Source: an uncultured Gammaproteobacteria bacterium (GTDB lineage: Bacteria; Patescibacteriota; Microgenomatia; Daviesbacterales; UBA10151). From it: a DNA stretch of 64,000 nucleotides. The stretch is from contig CAZGFG010000005.1 of NCBI GenBank assembly GCA_964524895.1, forward strand, positions 5,976 through 69,975. Direction: 5' to 3'. The notes beneath the pieces are model-generated. The model was not told the origin of the DNA, did not search any database, and saw only the letters and a program-made list of their open reading frames with translations. Position 1 is the stretch's first letter, and each line of letters starts with the position of its first letter. The position numbers and the translations under genes are program-made. Positions 17,985 to 27,714 of the stretch are shown here, piece after piece.

Positions 17985-20210
17985 CTAAGATAACTTTAGT
18001 CTCTTAAGATACAGCGGGGAAAGTAGTAATACAATAATTGTTGAAATGGAAATCAGAATTCCATATTGTAAAGATTTAGGCCGGTAATAAAAATCAACTA
18101 CATGCTTGCCCGCAGGAACCTCTACAGCCCGGAATGTATAATTTACTTTACGGATTGGGGCAGGTGCAAAGTCAACAGCAGCTTCCCATCCGGGGTAATA
18201 ATTGTCCAGCACTACCAAAACAGAATCAACTTCTGCCTCTGTTTTAATTTGTACGTGATCATTACTAATCTGCCGATAGGGGGATTTTTCATAAGATTCA
18301 CTACTTCCAATTGTCTGGTAAGCCCGGGGTAGAGCAGATAAGTTTTCCAAAACAACAACACTCCCGCTCTCAAAGACCTTCTTAAATCTTATTTTATCCA
18401 GCTTTGGATCTATAATCCCATCAGGTTTGATATTATTTTCCTCATCTCTTTTGGGGACAATTATGAGATTTGTACCCGCAATATTTAAAAGAGGAGAGGT
18501 AAAATTAGTTGATACCCCGTTTTTGGTTTGGGGATCTGCATTGGGATCATTTGAATTGGCTACGGCAATTAATTTTGCTATTCCCAAAGGATAGTAAGCA
18601 TCATAACCTGCTAAAGATTGCAGACGGTAGGGAACCCACATATTAGGAGGCAGTATGGGCATTTCGCTGACAAACCTGGAATTTACTTGACCCTTTAAAA
18701 AATCTGTCAAAGGAGTGGGCGGATAAAGATACCTGGAGGGGGTAAAGGGGTTAAACTTCCAGCCAAAACGGAATAATTCCGCAGTTAACAAAACCAGCAA
18801 CCCAATGGCAACTACCTGTTTGGGGATCTTAAAAATCTTGCTAAAGAAAATAATAAGCAAACCGGTTAAAGATATTATTAAAGGAAAGATTAGATTCTTT
18901 AAACTAATATTAAAACCAGGCTGCCAGTCTTTTAGCAAATAAACTATGGCTCCCATAACTAGCAAAATGCCCAACACCCCCAAAAAGCTTTGCAGATAAG
19001 ATTTAAAAGATTTATCTCCCAATAGATTAAGTCCAACTCCAGAAAGCAGTGCAACAGCAAAATTTACTAAAAACAAAGCACGGTTCATAGTTACAGAGGG
19101 ACCGCCCCAAAGGTTCCACTGATATAAAACTTTTGCTATTGGGTTAGGAGTAACAATAATCAGTGTAATAACCAATATCACTGCCAGAGGATATACAACC
19201 CTTAAACGAGATCCGCCTAAAAATCCGACAATAGCCAAACCTACAGCTGTAACTCCACTATAAAATGCCGCGTTAAGATAATTTTCAGGCCCCCAAAAGT
19301 TACCGGTTGAGGGGTTACCGAAAAAGTCAGGAGATAAAAAGGTCAGTAGATATTCATATGGGACAAAGCTTCCTTGTAAACCAATTACCTCATATATCCT
19401 CTGGGAATTTTGGAAAAGTTCCAGACTTGGAAGAAGTAAAATACTGCTTAGTCCTAATCCTGCCAATATAAAAAAAGTAAGCTTTAAAAAATTTCTAACA
19501 GATGCTCTGAAGAGAAACCAAATCCCCATAGCTATAAGTGAAAATAAGGTGACCGGGAAATATCCGCTAAAAATCTGCAATGCCAATGCAAAGCTCAAAA
19601 GAATACCCCACCTAATGTTTTTACTGGTAAGGAGTAAATCCTCAAATAAGATCAGCAGAGGCAAGAAAGCACTGGAGGCAGCCTGGGTATTCCACTCCAA
19701 CCAAATGAGTGAAAAACCGCCAAAACCATAGCTGATGGCTGCAAACAGACTTGCCCCTTTATTTAGACTAAGATGCCTTGCCAAAGCATACATAAACCCC
19801 CCGGCCAAAAGCGGTTGAAGCATTACTTGAAGGGTCCAAGCTAAAGAAGAAGAAAAGATCAGATAAAAAAGGATGCTTGGAAAATACAACCCTACCGGTT
19901 GGCTACCGATTATTGGGTAACCGGCAAACATTAGAGGATTCCAAAGTGGAATTTGGCCTTCTTTGATTAAATCGGTAGCATACGAGCGAAGAGGATAGAT
20001 GATTGATACCGCATCCGTAATAAGGGGATTTTTAACCGGTACACCTACCAAATTACCCCATTTATAGTCTACCCAAGGATAATAACTCCCTACAATTAAA
20101 TCTGCAGGGATAGGAATTAGTCCTAAAAAAACTTTGTAAAAAAACAGTAAAACCAAAAGAAATAAAATTAGGGGAGGAAAAAAGTTAACTTTTCCCAGAA
20201 GTGATTTCAT
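17985..20210 (-). CDS. YfhO-family membrane protein (putative glycosylation enzyme)
   Basis: 741 aa polytopic membrane protein; N-terminal YYPWVDYKWGNLVGVPVKNPLITDAVSIIYP...PLWNPLMFAGYP resembles the YfhO family. Confidence 0.55.
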   Translation of the reverse strand: MKSLLGKVNFFPPLILFLLVLLFFYKVFLGLIPIPADLIVGSYYPWVDYKWGNLVGVPVKNPLITDAVSIIYPLRSYATDLIKEGQIPLWNPLMFAGYPIIGSQPVGLYFPSILFYLIFSSSLAWTLQVMLQPLLAGGFMYALARHLSLNKGASLFAAISYGFGGFSLIWLEWNTQAASSAFLPLLILFEDLLLTSKNIRWGILLSFALALQIFSGYFPVTLFSLIAMGIWFLFRASVRNFLKLTFFILAGLGLSSILLLPSLELFQNSQRIYEVIGLQGSFVPYEYLLTFLSPDFFGNPSTGNFWGPENYLNAAFYSGVTAVGLAIVGFLGGSRLRVVYPLAVILVITLIIVTPNPIAKVLYQWNLWGGPSVTMNRALFLVNFAVALLSGVGLNLLGDKSFKSYLQSFLGVLGILLVMGAIVYLLKDWQPGFNISLKNLIFPLIISLTGLLIIFFSKIFKIPKQVVAIGLLVLLTAELFRFGWKFNPFTPSRYLYPPTPLTDFLKGQVNSRFVSEMPILPPNMWVPYRLQSLAGYDAYYPLGIAKLIAVANSNDPNADPQTKNGVSTNFTSPLLNIAGTNLIIVPKRDEENNIKPDGIIDPKLDKIRFKKVFESGSVVVLENLSALPRAYQTIGSSESYEKSPYRQISNDHVQIKTEAEVDSVLVVLDNYYPGWEAAVDFAPAPIRKVNYTFRAVEVPAGKHVVDFYYRPKSLQYGILISISTIIVLLLSPLYLKRLKLS

Positions 20211-20248
20211 TTCCTAAAGAAGTTAAGAAAAACCATAAAACTATTGTA

Positions 20249-21997
20249 TCACCTAACCACTACACTTTTGGCCAAATTCCGCGGCTTATCCGGATCAAGA
20301 CCTTTTTTTACTGTGAGGAAATAAGCCAAAAGTTGGGCAAATACTATGTGGGGGATAACCGAGCTGGCTCCCGTATCTCCGACTTCAAAGAAATAGTCAA
20401 AGACCGGGTTATTCTTAAACCCAACGCCAATTACAAAAGCCCCTCTGGATTTAACTTCCATCGCATTGGATATTGAAGCCTCATATGTCTCATCATTGGG
20501 AGCATAAACTATCACCGGTGTGCCTTTTTCCATTAAAGCGATAGTCCCGTGTTTTAATTCACCACCGGCAAAACCTTCGGCATGAATATAAGAAATTTCT
20601 TTAATTTTTAAGGTTGACTCCAAAGCCACAGCATAGGATAAACCTCTGCCTAAAACATAGATATCTTTTGCCTGAAAAATTTTGTCACTTAATTTTTTGA
20701 TTTCGTTTTGTTTCTTCAATACTCTTTTGACCTCTTTTCTGCTTTTTTCCAGTATTTCTACCGCCTCCTTTTCCTTGCCAACCATCATAAATGAAAGTAA
20801 AACCATATAGGAGACCATGGCAATTACTGCTTTAGTTGAGGCTACTGCTTTTTCTACTCCGGCAGATAAAAGTACACTCTGATCCGCTACTCTATACAAG
20901 GATGAGCCTAAAACATTAACCAAAGCTACAATTTTTGCCCCCCTCTGTTTGGCCGCTATTACGGGCTCTAAGGTATCAATACTCTCTCCGCTTTGAGAAA
21001 CCGCGATAAGTAAACTTTTATCGGTTAAAAAATCCTGCAAGTAATTAAATTCAGATCCAATAGCAAAATTGACATGCTTTTTGGCAAACTTGGAGAAAAG
21101 GTAAGTCCCCAGTAAACAGGTATAAGAGGCAGATCCGCAGGCGATAAAATAGGTGCCAAAAGCTTTTTTAATCATTGCCGAAACTTTCTTGACTTGCTCA
21201 AGATTACCTAAAATTTCCTTAATAACATCGGGCTGCTCATAAATCTCTTTGAGCATAAAGTGGGGATATCGGTTTTTGGAGGAGAAATTATATTTCCACT
21301 CAACTTTGGTGAATTTAGGCTCGATTTTTACCATATTTTTAACCTTAAAAAGTTCAATCCGGTCATTTAACTCAACCAGTTGCCCGTCTTCAATAAACAT
21401 TAAATCTTGAGTATAGGGAAGCAGGGCATTAGGGTCAGAAGCTAATATAAAACCTTTATTAAGCTTCCCTACAACTAGGGGAGAGCCAATTTTGGCGGCT
21501 ACAATATTTTTTCCGTCAGAGACAACAATTACACTCAAACCCTTAAGCCGGTTAAATACCTTTGCTACAGCTTCTATTAGTTTTGAAGTTTTCTTGTATT
21601 CTTCCTCAATTGCATGAATAACAACTTCCGTATCAGTCTCTGATTTAAAAACATGGTTTTCTTGTAGACTTCTTTTTAATTCCAGGTAATTTTCAACAAT
21701 TCCATTATGAACCAAACTCAACTTGCCGTTGCAATCCAAATGAGGGTGTGCATTATCTTGGGTAACACCTCCGTGTGTTGCCCAACGGGTGTGTCCAATG
21801 GAGACAGCCGAGGATGGAAGGTGGAAGGTAGCGGGTAGAAAACCCACCTTCTTTTCTATTTTCCACTTTCTATCTTCTATTTTCCAATACGCTACTCCCC
21901 AGGAATCATAACCTCTATATTCAATATCCTTTAGGCCTGAAAAAACTAAGCTGGCAGCGTTGTTATCTTGTCCTATCAATCCAAATATTCCACACAT
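20249..21997 (-). CDS. glmS: Glutamine--fructose-6-phosphate aminotransferase
   Basis: N-terminal MCGIFG (Ntn class-II amidotransferase Cys1) followed by two SIS-like domains; 582 aa. Confidence 0.9.
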   Translation of the reverse strand: MCGIFGLIGQDNNAASLVFSGLKDIEYRGYDSWGVAYWKIEDRKWKIEKKVGFLPATFHLPSSAVSIGHTRWATHGGVTQDNAHPHLDCNGKLSLVHNGIVENYLELKRSLQENHVFKSETDTEVVIHAIEEEYKKTSKLIEAVAKVFNRLKGLSVIVVSDGKNIVAAKIGSPLVVGKLNKGFILASDPNALLPYTQDLMFIEDGQLVELNDRIELFKVKNMVKIEPKFTKVEWKYNFSSKNRYPHFMLKEIYEQPDVIKEILGNLEQVKKVSAMIKKAFGTYFIACGSASYTCLLGTYLFSKFAKKHVNFAIGSEFNYLQDFLTDKSLLIAVSQSGESIDTLEPVIAAKQRGAKIVALVNVLGSSLYRVADQSVLLSAGVEKAVASTKAVIAMVSYMVLLSFMMVGKEKEAVEILEKSRKEVKRVLKKQNEIKKLSDKIFQAKDIYVLGRGLSYAVALESTLKIKEISYIHAEGFAGGELKHGTIALMEKGTPVIVYAPNDETYEASISNAMEVKSRGAFVIGVGFKNNPVFDYFFEVGDTGASSVIPHIVFAQLLAYFLTVKKGLDPDKPRNLAKSVVVR

Positions 21998-22021
21998 AAA
22001 TTTAAGGAGGCTTATTAAAGT

Positions 22022-22095
22022 GTGGAGTCATGTGGACTCGAACCACAGACCTTCTCGGTGTAAACGAGACGCTCTAGCCAACTGAGCTATGACTC
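22022..22095 (-). tRNA. tRNA-Val (anticodon TAC)
   Basis: Reverse complement reads GGAGTCA-TA-GCTCAGTTGGCTAGAGC-G-TCTCG-TTTACAC-CGAGA-AGGTC-TGTGG-TTCGAGT-CCACA-TGACTCC-A. Confidence 0.8.
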
Positions 22096-22140
22096 CACTG
22101 GGGTATTTTAACAGATTTTGGGGAAATTTCTCCAGTTTAA

Positions 22141-22605
22141 CTAACCTCTGGGGGTAATTCCATAAATCTTGATCTGGGTATTCATATCTATCCAGTTATA
22201 CAAAACAGCCATATTGGTAGTACTAACATTTATGCAACCATGACTCATAGGAACTCCAAAATTGTTATGCCAATAAGTTCCATGAATTGCATAGCTTTTA
22301 TAAAAATAAACAACAAATGGCACATTGGGCAGATCATAGTAAGTTCCCAGCCTCCGATCTCCTCCGATCATCCGGTCGTACCTTAATTTAGTCCAAGGTT
22401 TAAATTCACCGGTTGGGGTAGGCCACCATGCTTTGCCGGAGGAAATAGGGAAGTTGTAAACTAATTTATCTCTTTCAAAGGCATATAAATGCTGGTTGGT
22501 AAGATTTACCTCTACCCTTTTGGAATAAGTCTGGGCCAAAACTACCGGAGGAAGAAACAAAAACAGTATAATTAATGCTGCAAGAGATGAAATAGCTTCT
22601 CTCAT
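22141..22605 (-). CDS. L,D-transpeptidase (YkuD domain), secreted
   Basis: Signal-peptide-like N-terminus; catalytic HG...SHGCINV motif (IHGTYWHNNFGVPMSHGCINV). Confidence 0.8.
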   Translation of the reverse strand: MREAISSLAALIILFLFLPPVVLAQTYSKRVEVNLTNQHLYAFERDKLVYNFPISSGKAWWPTPTGEFKPWTKLRYDRMIGGDRRLGTYYDLPNVPFVVYFYKSYAIHGTYWHNNFGVPMSHGCINVSTTNMAVLYNWIDMNTQIKIYGITPRG

Positions 22606-22676
22606 TCTACTGCAAACATAATAGCTAAAATACTAAAAATCGGGATTAGGAATAAGTAAGAGGTAGGTAAATAATG

Positions 22677-22759
22677 TGCGGATGAGAGGAGTTGAACCTC
22701 CACGCCCTTTCGGGCACTACCACCTCAAGGTAGCGTGTATACCGTTTCACCACATCCGC
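22677..22759 (-). tRNA. tRNA-Leu (anticodon GAG), long variable arm
   Basis: Reverse complement: GCGGATG...CTACC-TTGAGGT-GGTAG-TGCCCGAAAGGGCGT-GGAGG-TTCAACT-CCTCT-CATCCGC-A. Confidence 0.8.
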
Positions 22760-22780
22760 GCGCAAAGCAATCCTAGATTG

Positions 22781-22863
22781 TGCCGAAGAGAGGAGTTGAA
22801 CCTCCACCCGATTGCTCGGACAGCGCTCTGAACGCTGCGTGTCTACCATTCCACCACTTCGGC
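22781..22863 (-). tRNA. tRNA-Leu (anticodon CAG), long variable arm
   Basis: Reverse complement: GCCGAAG...CAGCG-TTCAGAG-CGCTG-TCCGAGCAATCGGGT-GGAGG-TTCAACT-CCTCT-CTTCGGC-A. Confidence 0.8.
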
Positions 22864-22947
22864 ATTCCCAGCTTCATATTGTAGCAATTACCCCTGTATT
22901 TAGCAAAATCTGATATTAAAAAACCTAAATGTTATAATTAGATACTT

Positions 22948-23976
22948 ATGTCCGATGACAAAAACTCATCAGGGTATCCTTATGCCCAAAAAATAGTTAC
23001 TTTGGGTGGAGGCACTGGTCACTTCTCACTTCTACGTGGGTTGGTAGAACAAAATCAGCCTGACTTAATTACAGCTATTGTTGGTACCTGGGATAGCGGA
23101 GGAAGTTCCGGAAGGCTGCGGACTGAAATGGGGGTATTGCCACCCGGAGATATACGCCAATGCTTACTTGCCTTAATGGAAGACCCATTGCAGCGACAAG
23201 TTGCCCAAAAACTATTTGATGATAGATTAGCAGAAGTTACAGGCCCCCTGCAAGGCCATAGCCTGGGAAATCTTATTACTGCCAGGTTAGACCATATTTA
23301 CAAAGGCGGGGACAGGGGAATAGAGGCTGAAAGGCTGCTATTTAGAATCAGAGGGAAAGTTATTCCGGTGAGCCTTTCTGATTTAAACCTTATTGCAAAA
23401 CTGGAAAACGGCAGCGAAGTAGAGGGGGAAACCAATATAGATTTACGTGGTTCCAAGTCAAAGATTGGGCCGGGGGAAAAGATCTCCAGGATATACTTTG
23501 ACAGCAGCGCCGATCCTAATCCGGAAGCTATCTCGACCCTTTCGCAGGCAGAAAAAATAGTCTTTGCACCGGGTGATCTTTTTACCAGTGTCCTGCCTCA
23601 CCTTTTGGTAAACGGAATCAAAGAAGCTATACTTTCTTCGAAAGCCAAAGTAATTTTAGTGCTAAATCTTATGTCAAAAGGCGGGGAAACCGACAACTTT
23701 AAGGCTTCCGATTTTCTAAAGGCTTTTAACTACTACTTGGAGGATAACGGTAGAATCAATTACCTGATAGCAAATTCAAATGGCCTGGACAAAGAAGTTC
23801 TAAAGGTCTACAAGGGAGAAAACCAGATGCCGGTAGAGATAGATGAAAAGGTTTGTCAAAAAGTTTCTCCCAAAACGAAAATAGTTTCCTCTTCACTGGG
23901 ACGATATCACCTAAAAGAGCATCTTTTCCGTCATGATCCGGATATATTGGGAAAGATTATACTTGATCTAAATTAG
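22948..23976 (+). CDS. YvcK/CofD-family protein (gluconeogenesis factor / 2-phospho-L-lactate transferase-like)
   Basis: GGGTGHFSLLRGL and ITAIVGTWDSGGSSGRLR match the UPF0052/CofD family signatures. Confidence 0.8.
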   Translation: MSDDKNSSGYPYAQKIVTLGGGTGHFSLLRGLVEQNQPDLITAIVGTWDSGGSSGRLRTEMGVLPPGDIRQCLLALMEDPLQRQVAQKLFDDRLAEVTGPLQGHSLGNLITARLDHIYKGGDRGIEAERLLFRIRGKVIPVSLSDLNLIAKLENGSEVEGETNIDLRGSKSKIGPGEKISRIYFDSSADPNPEAISTLSQAEKIVFAPGDLFTSVLPHLLVNGIKEAILSSKAKVILVLNLMSKGGETDNFKASDFLKAFNYYLEDNGRINYLIANSNGLDKEVLKVYKGENQMPVEIDEKVCQKVSPKTKIVSSSLGRYHLKEHLFRHDPDILGKIILDLN

Positions 23977-24062
23977 CTTGTTGTAACAATCTAATCCAAT
24001 CCCACTGAACCCGCTACTTAACTTGACAAACTGTAAAAATTAAAGCTACTATCTTCTAAACT

Positions 24063-24644
24063 TTGCAGATGGACACAAAAGTTAACTTTTTATTGGGTTG
24101 GTTTGGAACAACCATTTCTACGCTCGCATTTTCTATTACCTTCTTGGTCTATTTATCGACCGATCATTTTGTCCAACCCAGTTCCCAAAATTTTCAACTA
24201 TATGCGGCTTTGCCGGAGGCAGGGGTAACAGCAAAAGACGATATCGGTCAAGCCGATGCCAGAGAAAAAATCATCCGTAACTTCTTCAAAGGTTATGAAT
24301 CCATACTGGCAGACTATAGTAATGTGTTTCTTCAGGTGGCTGAAAAATACAAACTGGATTACCGTCTGCTACCTGCTATTTCCATGCAAGAGTCAAATGG
24401 TGGTAAGCGGGTAATCAAAGGCTCCTATAACCCTTTTGGCTACGGTATTTATGGCAGTAAGGTACTACGTTTCAATTCTTGGGAAGAAGCTATAGAAAGG
24501 GTCGGACGGGGACTAAGGGAGGATTATCTTAACATTGGACTCACCGAGCCAAACACAATCATGGCTAAATATACCCCTCCTTCTCTGGCTAAAGGTGGAG
24601 CTTGGGCCAAAGGTGTAAATAGCTTCATGGAAGAGCTTCGCTAA
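24063..24644 (+). CDS. Membrane-anchored protein with glucosaminidase-like (peptidoglycan hydrolase) domain, paralog 1
   Basis: N-terminal TM segment; LLPAISMQESNGGKRV... resembles the FlgJ/LytD glucosaminidase core (AQAALESGWG-like); paralogous to the 24775 gene. Confidence 0.5.
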   Translation: MQMDTKVNFLLGWFGTTISTLAFSITFLVYLSTDHFVQPSSQNFQLYAALPEAGVTAKDDIGQADAREKIIRNFFKGYESILADYSNVFLQVAEKYKLDYRLLPAISMQESNGGKRVIKGSYNPFGYGIYGSKVLRFNSWEEAIERVGRGLREDYLNIGLTEPNTIMAKYTPPSLAKGGAWAKGVNSFMEELR

Positions 24645-24713
24645 TAGCCGAACCCATTTTATAGAGCCTATAGAGTTTGACTTTTCGCCTTAAGTTTGGT
24701 ATCATTACACACT

Positions 24714-24752
24714 AATCCTGATATTTGTCCCCTCAAGTATCAGGATTTTTTT
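24714..24752 (+). terminator. Rho-independent terminator
   Basis: Perfect 10-bp stem AATCCTGATA/TATCAGGATT, 14-nt loop, then a T7 run. Confidence 0.55.
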
Positions 24753-24774
24753 GTGGGCAAACAGCCTGCAAAAT

Positions 24775-25359
24775 ATGTTATACAAAAAGATTCTGGTTCT
24801 ACTTTTAATCTCCTTTATCCCATACCTGGCTTATGCACAGGAGGCCAAAGCTGCGCAGATAGCCGTGGAGATTGAAGGTAAACTTATGGATAAAAGGGCC
24901 GAAATTCTGGCCAGCTATCTTGCCCAATATGGCTCACCCTTGCAATATCATGCCCAAGATTTTATCGATGCTTCGGATGAATACGGAGTAGATTGGAAAT
25001 TGGTTCCTGCCATTGCCGGAACAGAATCTACTTTCGGTAAATTTATACCGGGCGGATATAACGCTTGGGGTTGGGGGGTCTATGGCACCCAGGCTATTTA
25101 TTTTGACTCTTGGAGGGATGCTATCTTTACTGTTACCAAAGGCCTAAAAGAAGGCTACATCAACAAGGGTTTAACTAACCCTTACACTATGAATAGGGTA
25201 TACGCTGCCTCTCCAGCTTGGGGTAGACATGTAGCTTACTTTATGAACGACTTAGACAAGTATGCTTTAGAATATGACTCAAAAAATACCTCATTGGTAC
25301 ACAGCCTAATAACCAAAAGTGCCGGAAGCTCTGCTCAATTAACCTTGGCCTATTTTTAA
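24775..25359 (+). CDS. Glucosaminidase-like domain protein, paralog 2 (signal peptide/TM)
   Basis: WKLVPAIAGTESTFGKF...GYNAWGWGVYG parallels paralog 1. Track start 24751 is TTG; the in-frame ATG at 24775 is preferred. Confidence 0.5.
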   Translation: MLYKKILVLLLISFIPYLAYAQEAKAAQIAVEIEGKLMDKRAEILASYLAQYGSPLQYHAQDFIDASDEYGVDWKLVPAIAGTESTFGKFIPGGYNAWGWGVYGTQAIYFDSWRDAIFTVTKGLKEGYINKGLTNPYTMNRVYAASPAWGRHVAYFMNDLDKYALEYDSKNTSLVHSLITKSAGSSAQLTLAYF

Positions 25360-25381
25360 GCTGTTGATATATAATGGCTTA

Positions 25382-26629
25382 ATGAGAACTCAAGCTGCCG
25401 TTGCTGCAGGTAAACTAATTTGGGGGGCCAGCCGCAGACTAAAAATTGGAGGAGGGTCTTCAGCTCCCGGATTGTATGCCTTAAAGGTAGACCCCAATTT
25501 AATCTCCAACTTAAGTAAGTTTATACACAGAAATATTATTATTACCGGAACTAACGGCAAAACTACTACTGCCAAACTCCTTGCTTGCTTTGCTAAAGAA
25601 AACAACTTATCTGTGATCAGAAACTCGACCGGATCTAATTTAGAGAGGGGGATAGCTTCAGCTCTAATTCACCATATAGGTCTGGGTAAGAAAAAATACG
25701 ACCTGGGAATTTGGGAACTGGACGAAGCTGCTTTTAATACCGTTGCTCCAAAATTAAACCCCCGGGTTGTAATATTCCTCAATGCTTTCAGAGATCAGTT
25801 GGACCGGTACGGAGAAGTCGATACAGTGGTCGAAAACTGGCGTAAAACATTGCAAAACGTTGGTAGAGATACTCAAATAATCGTTAACGGTGATGACACC
25901 AATACTGCAAAACTTATTGCCTCTTTGGGAAAACCCCAAACTTTTGGACTGGAAGAATTAAAAATTTTCGGAGAGGGTGGTAGGGTTAAAAAAGCAGAGC
26001 CAAATCTATTGGCTAGAAAGATCCAAGTTTTGGATTTAAAAGGGAGCTCTTTTGAGGTAGACAATCAGAAAATTTACTTGCCTTTACCTGGGATTTATCA
26101 TATTTATGATTTTCTAGGAGCCTTTGCTGTTGGAAAAGTTCTAGGCTTTTCCGTTAAGAGTATGGTTAAATCCTTAAAAAGATACAGACCGGCCTTTGGT
26201 CGGGTAGAAAAATTGGAGTTTGGATATATCTTTTTGATTAAAAACCCTGTTGGGGCTACGCAGGTTTTGAAAACAATTGTGCCAAATCTGGATGGAAACG
26301 CGAGTTTACTGATAGCACTAAATGATAACTTTGCCGATGGGACAGATGTCTCTTGGATTTGGGATACTGAATTTGAGAACCTTGCCGGGATTAAAAATAA
26401 AATCTATTGTAGTGGCATCCGGGCAGAGGATCTTGCTTTAAGGCTAAAATATGCCGGAATAGAAAGTGAGCAGCTTAAAATAGAGGCTGATATAAAACAT
26501 GCCTTAAAAGAGGCCAGGGAAGAAACTAAAGGCAGGCTGTTTGTTCTGCCTACCTATACCGCTATGCTCAAGCTGCAGGAAATATTGACAAAAGAAGGAT
26601 TGAAAAAGCCTTACTGGGAGGAGGAATAA
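25382..26629 (+). CDS. murT: Lipid II isoglutaminyl synthase subunit MurT (Mur-ligase fold)
   Basis: IIITGTNGKTTTAKLL Mur-ligase P-loop; ~415 aa; immediately followed and coupled (stop/start adjacent) to a GATase partner. Track start 25364 is TTG; ATG 25382 preferred. Confidence 0.75.
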   Translation: MRTQAAVAAGKLIWGASRRLKIGGGSSAPGLYALKVDPNLISNLSKFIHRNIIITGTNGKTTTAKLLACFAKENNLSVIRNSTGSNLERGIASALIHHIGLGKKKYDLGIWELDEAAFNTVAPKLNPRVVIFLNAFRDQLDRYGEVDTVVENWRKTLQNVGRDTQIIVNGDDTNTAKLIASLGKPQTFGLEELKIFGEGGRVKKAEPNLLARKIQVLDLKGSSFEVDNQKIYLPLPGIYHIYDFLGAFAVGKVLGFSVKSMVKSLKRYRPAFGRVEKLEFGYIFLIKNPVGATQVLKTIVPNLDGNASLLIALNDNFADGTDVSWIWDTEFENLAGIKNKIYCSGIRAEDLALRLKYAGIESEQLKIEADIKHALKEAREETKGRLFVLPTYTAMLKLQEILTKEGLKKPYWEEE

Positions 26630-27400
26630 ATGAAAATTACCATCGGCTACTTATATCCAGATCTCATGAATATCTATGGTGATACCGGCAATATTATTGC
26701 CTTAAAAAAGAGGTCCCAATGGAGAGGAATAGAGGTTGAAGTTAGGTCAATAAACACCGGAGATGAACATAAGGCAAGTATAGTTGATCTCTACTTTTTT
26801 GGTGGAGGTCAGGACCAACAACAAGAGTTGGTAGCAGGAGACTTGGTAGAAAGTAGTAAGGGTAAGGTAATAAAACAGGATGTGGAAAGGGGGGTACCAC
26901 TGCTTTCTATTTGTGGGGGGTACCAGCTCCTGGGTGAATATTATCAACCTCACCAAGGAGCCAGATTAAAGGGGGTGGGGTTATTCCCAGCTTATACTGT
27001 GGCAAGTTACGACAGAATGATAGGCAACATAGTGATTAGGGTACAGGGTATAGGGTATAGTGATAAAAATACTAACCCCCAAACCCCAAACCCTAAACCC
27101 TACCTAGTTGGTTTTGAAAATCACTCCGGAAAGACTTATCTAAAATCGGGGGCACAACCCTTGGGAAAAGTTATTAAAGGTTTTGGTAATAATGGTGAGG
27201 ATCAAACAGAAGGCTGCATATACAAAAATGCCATCGGCTGCTATATGCACGGATCACTTCTGCCCAAAAATCCAAGGCTGACTGACTGGCTGCTTCAAAA
27301 AGCTTTAGAGGTAAAATATGGAAAAAAGATGGAGCTTGAGCCACTGGATGATTCCCTAGAAAACAAAGCCCACAAAACAATTATCAAGAGGCTTATTTAA
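26630..27400 (+). CDS. gatD: Lipid II isoglutaminyl synthase glutaminase subunit GatD (class I glutamine amidotransferase)
   Basis: SICGGYQLLG nucleophile-Cys elbow; ...CYMHGSLL His region; 256 aa; directly follows murT. Confidence 0.75.
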   Translation: MKITIGYLYPDLMNIYGDTGNIIALKKRSQWRGIEVEVRSINTGDEHKASIVDLYFFGGGQDQQQELVAGDLVESSKGKVIKQDVERGVPLLSICGGYQLLGEYYQPHQGARLKGVGLFPAYTVASYDRMIGNIVIRVQGIGYSDKNTNPQTPNPKPYLVGFENHSGKTYLKSGAQPLGKVIKGFGNNGEDQTEGCIYKNAIGCYMHGSLLPKNPRLTDWLLQKALEVKYGKKMELEPLDDSLENKAHKTIIKRLI

Positions 27401-27559
27401 TCACAGGTAACCACTACCGCTCTATAACCGTACCATCAAAACTACCTCTGTGATAAAATTACGTTACAAAATTGCTATGCAATTTTGAGAGGAGGAATCG
27501 CGAAAAAGTTCGAGTTGCGAGTATGCGAGTAACCGAACTTATAAAGCTAATTCCGACAT

Positions 27560-27642
27560 GGCCAAGTGGTGGAATGGTAGACACGCAGGATTTAGGATCC
27601 TGTGCTGGAAACAGCGTGGAGGTTCGAGTCCTCTCTTGGCCA
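27560..27642 (+). tRNA. tRNA-Leu (anticodon TAG), long variable arm
   Basis: GGCCAAG-TG-GTGG-AATGGTAG-ACAC-G-CAGGA-TTTAGGA-TCCTG-TGCTGGAAACAGCGT-GGAGG-TTCGAGT-CCTCT-CTTGGCC-A. Confidence 0.8.
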
Positions 27643-27682
27643 CACTAAAAATTGCAAGGTCCTAGGACCTATTGTCAGTAAT

Positions 27683-27714
27683 GACGTGCAGGTTCGAGTC
27701 CTGTCCCCGGCACA
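27683..27714 (+). repeat. tRNA 3'-end-like fragment (T-arm + acceptor-like) 40 nt downstream of tRNA-Leu(TAG), preceded by 12-nt palindrome GGTCCTAGGACC
   Basis: GACGTGCAGGTTCGAGTCCTGTCCCCGGCACA parallels the 3' end of the adjacent tRNA (GCGTGGAGGTTCGAGTCCTCTCTTGGCCACA); there is no matching 5' half. Confidence 0.4.

Noticed and set aside
21998-22021. glmS ribozyme upstream of glmS
   Set aside because: Only ~24 nt separate the glmS start codon from tRNA-Val(TAC), far too short for the ~170-nt ribozyme.
27040-27110. Short tandem/low-complexity run (ggtatagggtatag... ccccaaaccccaaaccctaaaccctacc) that could be mistaken for a CRISPR-like or telomere-like repeat
   Set aside because: It lies inside the gatD reading frame, encoding TNPQTPNPKPY, and there are no regularly spaced direct repeats with unique spacers. 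No CRISPR array was found anywhere in the window.
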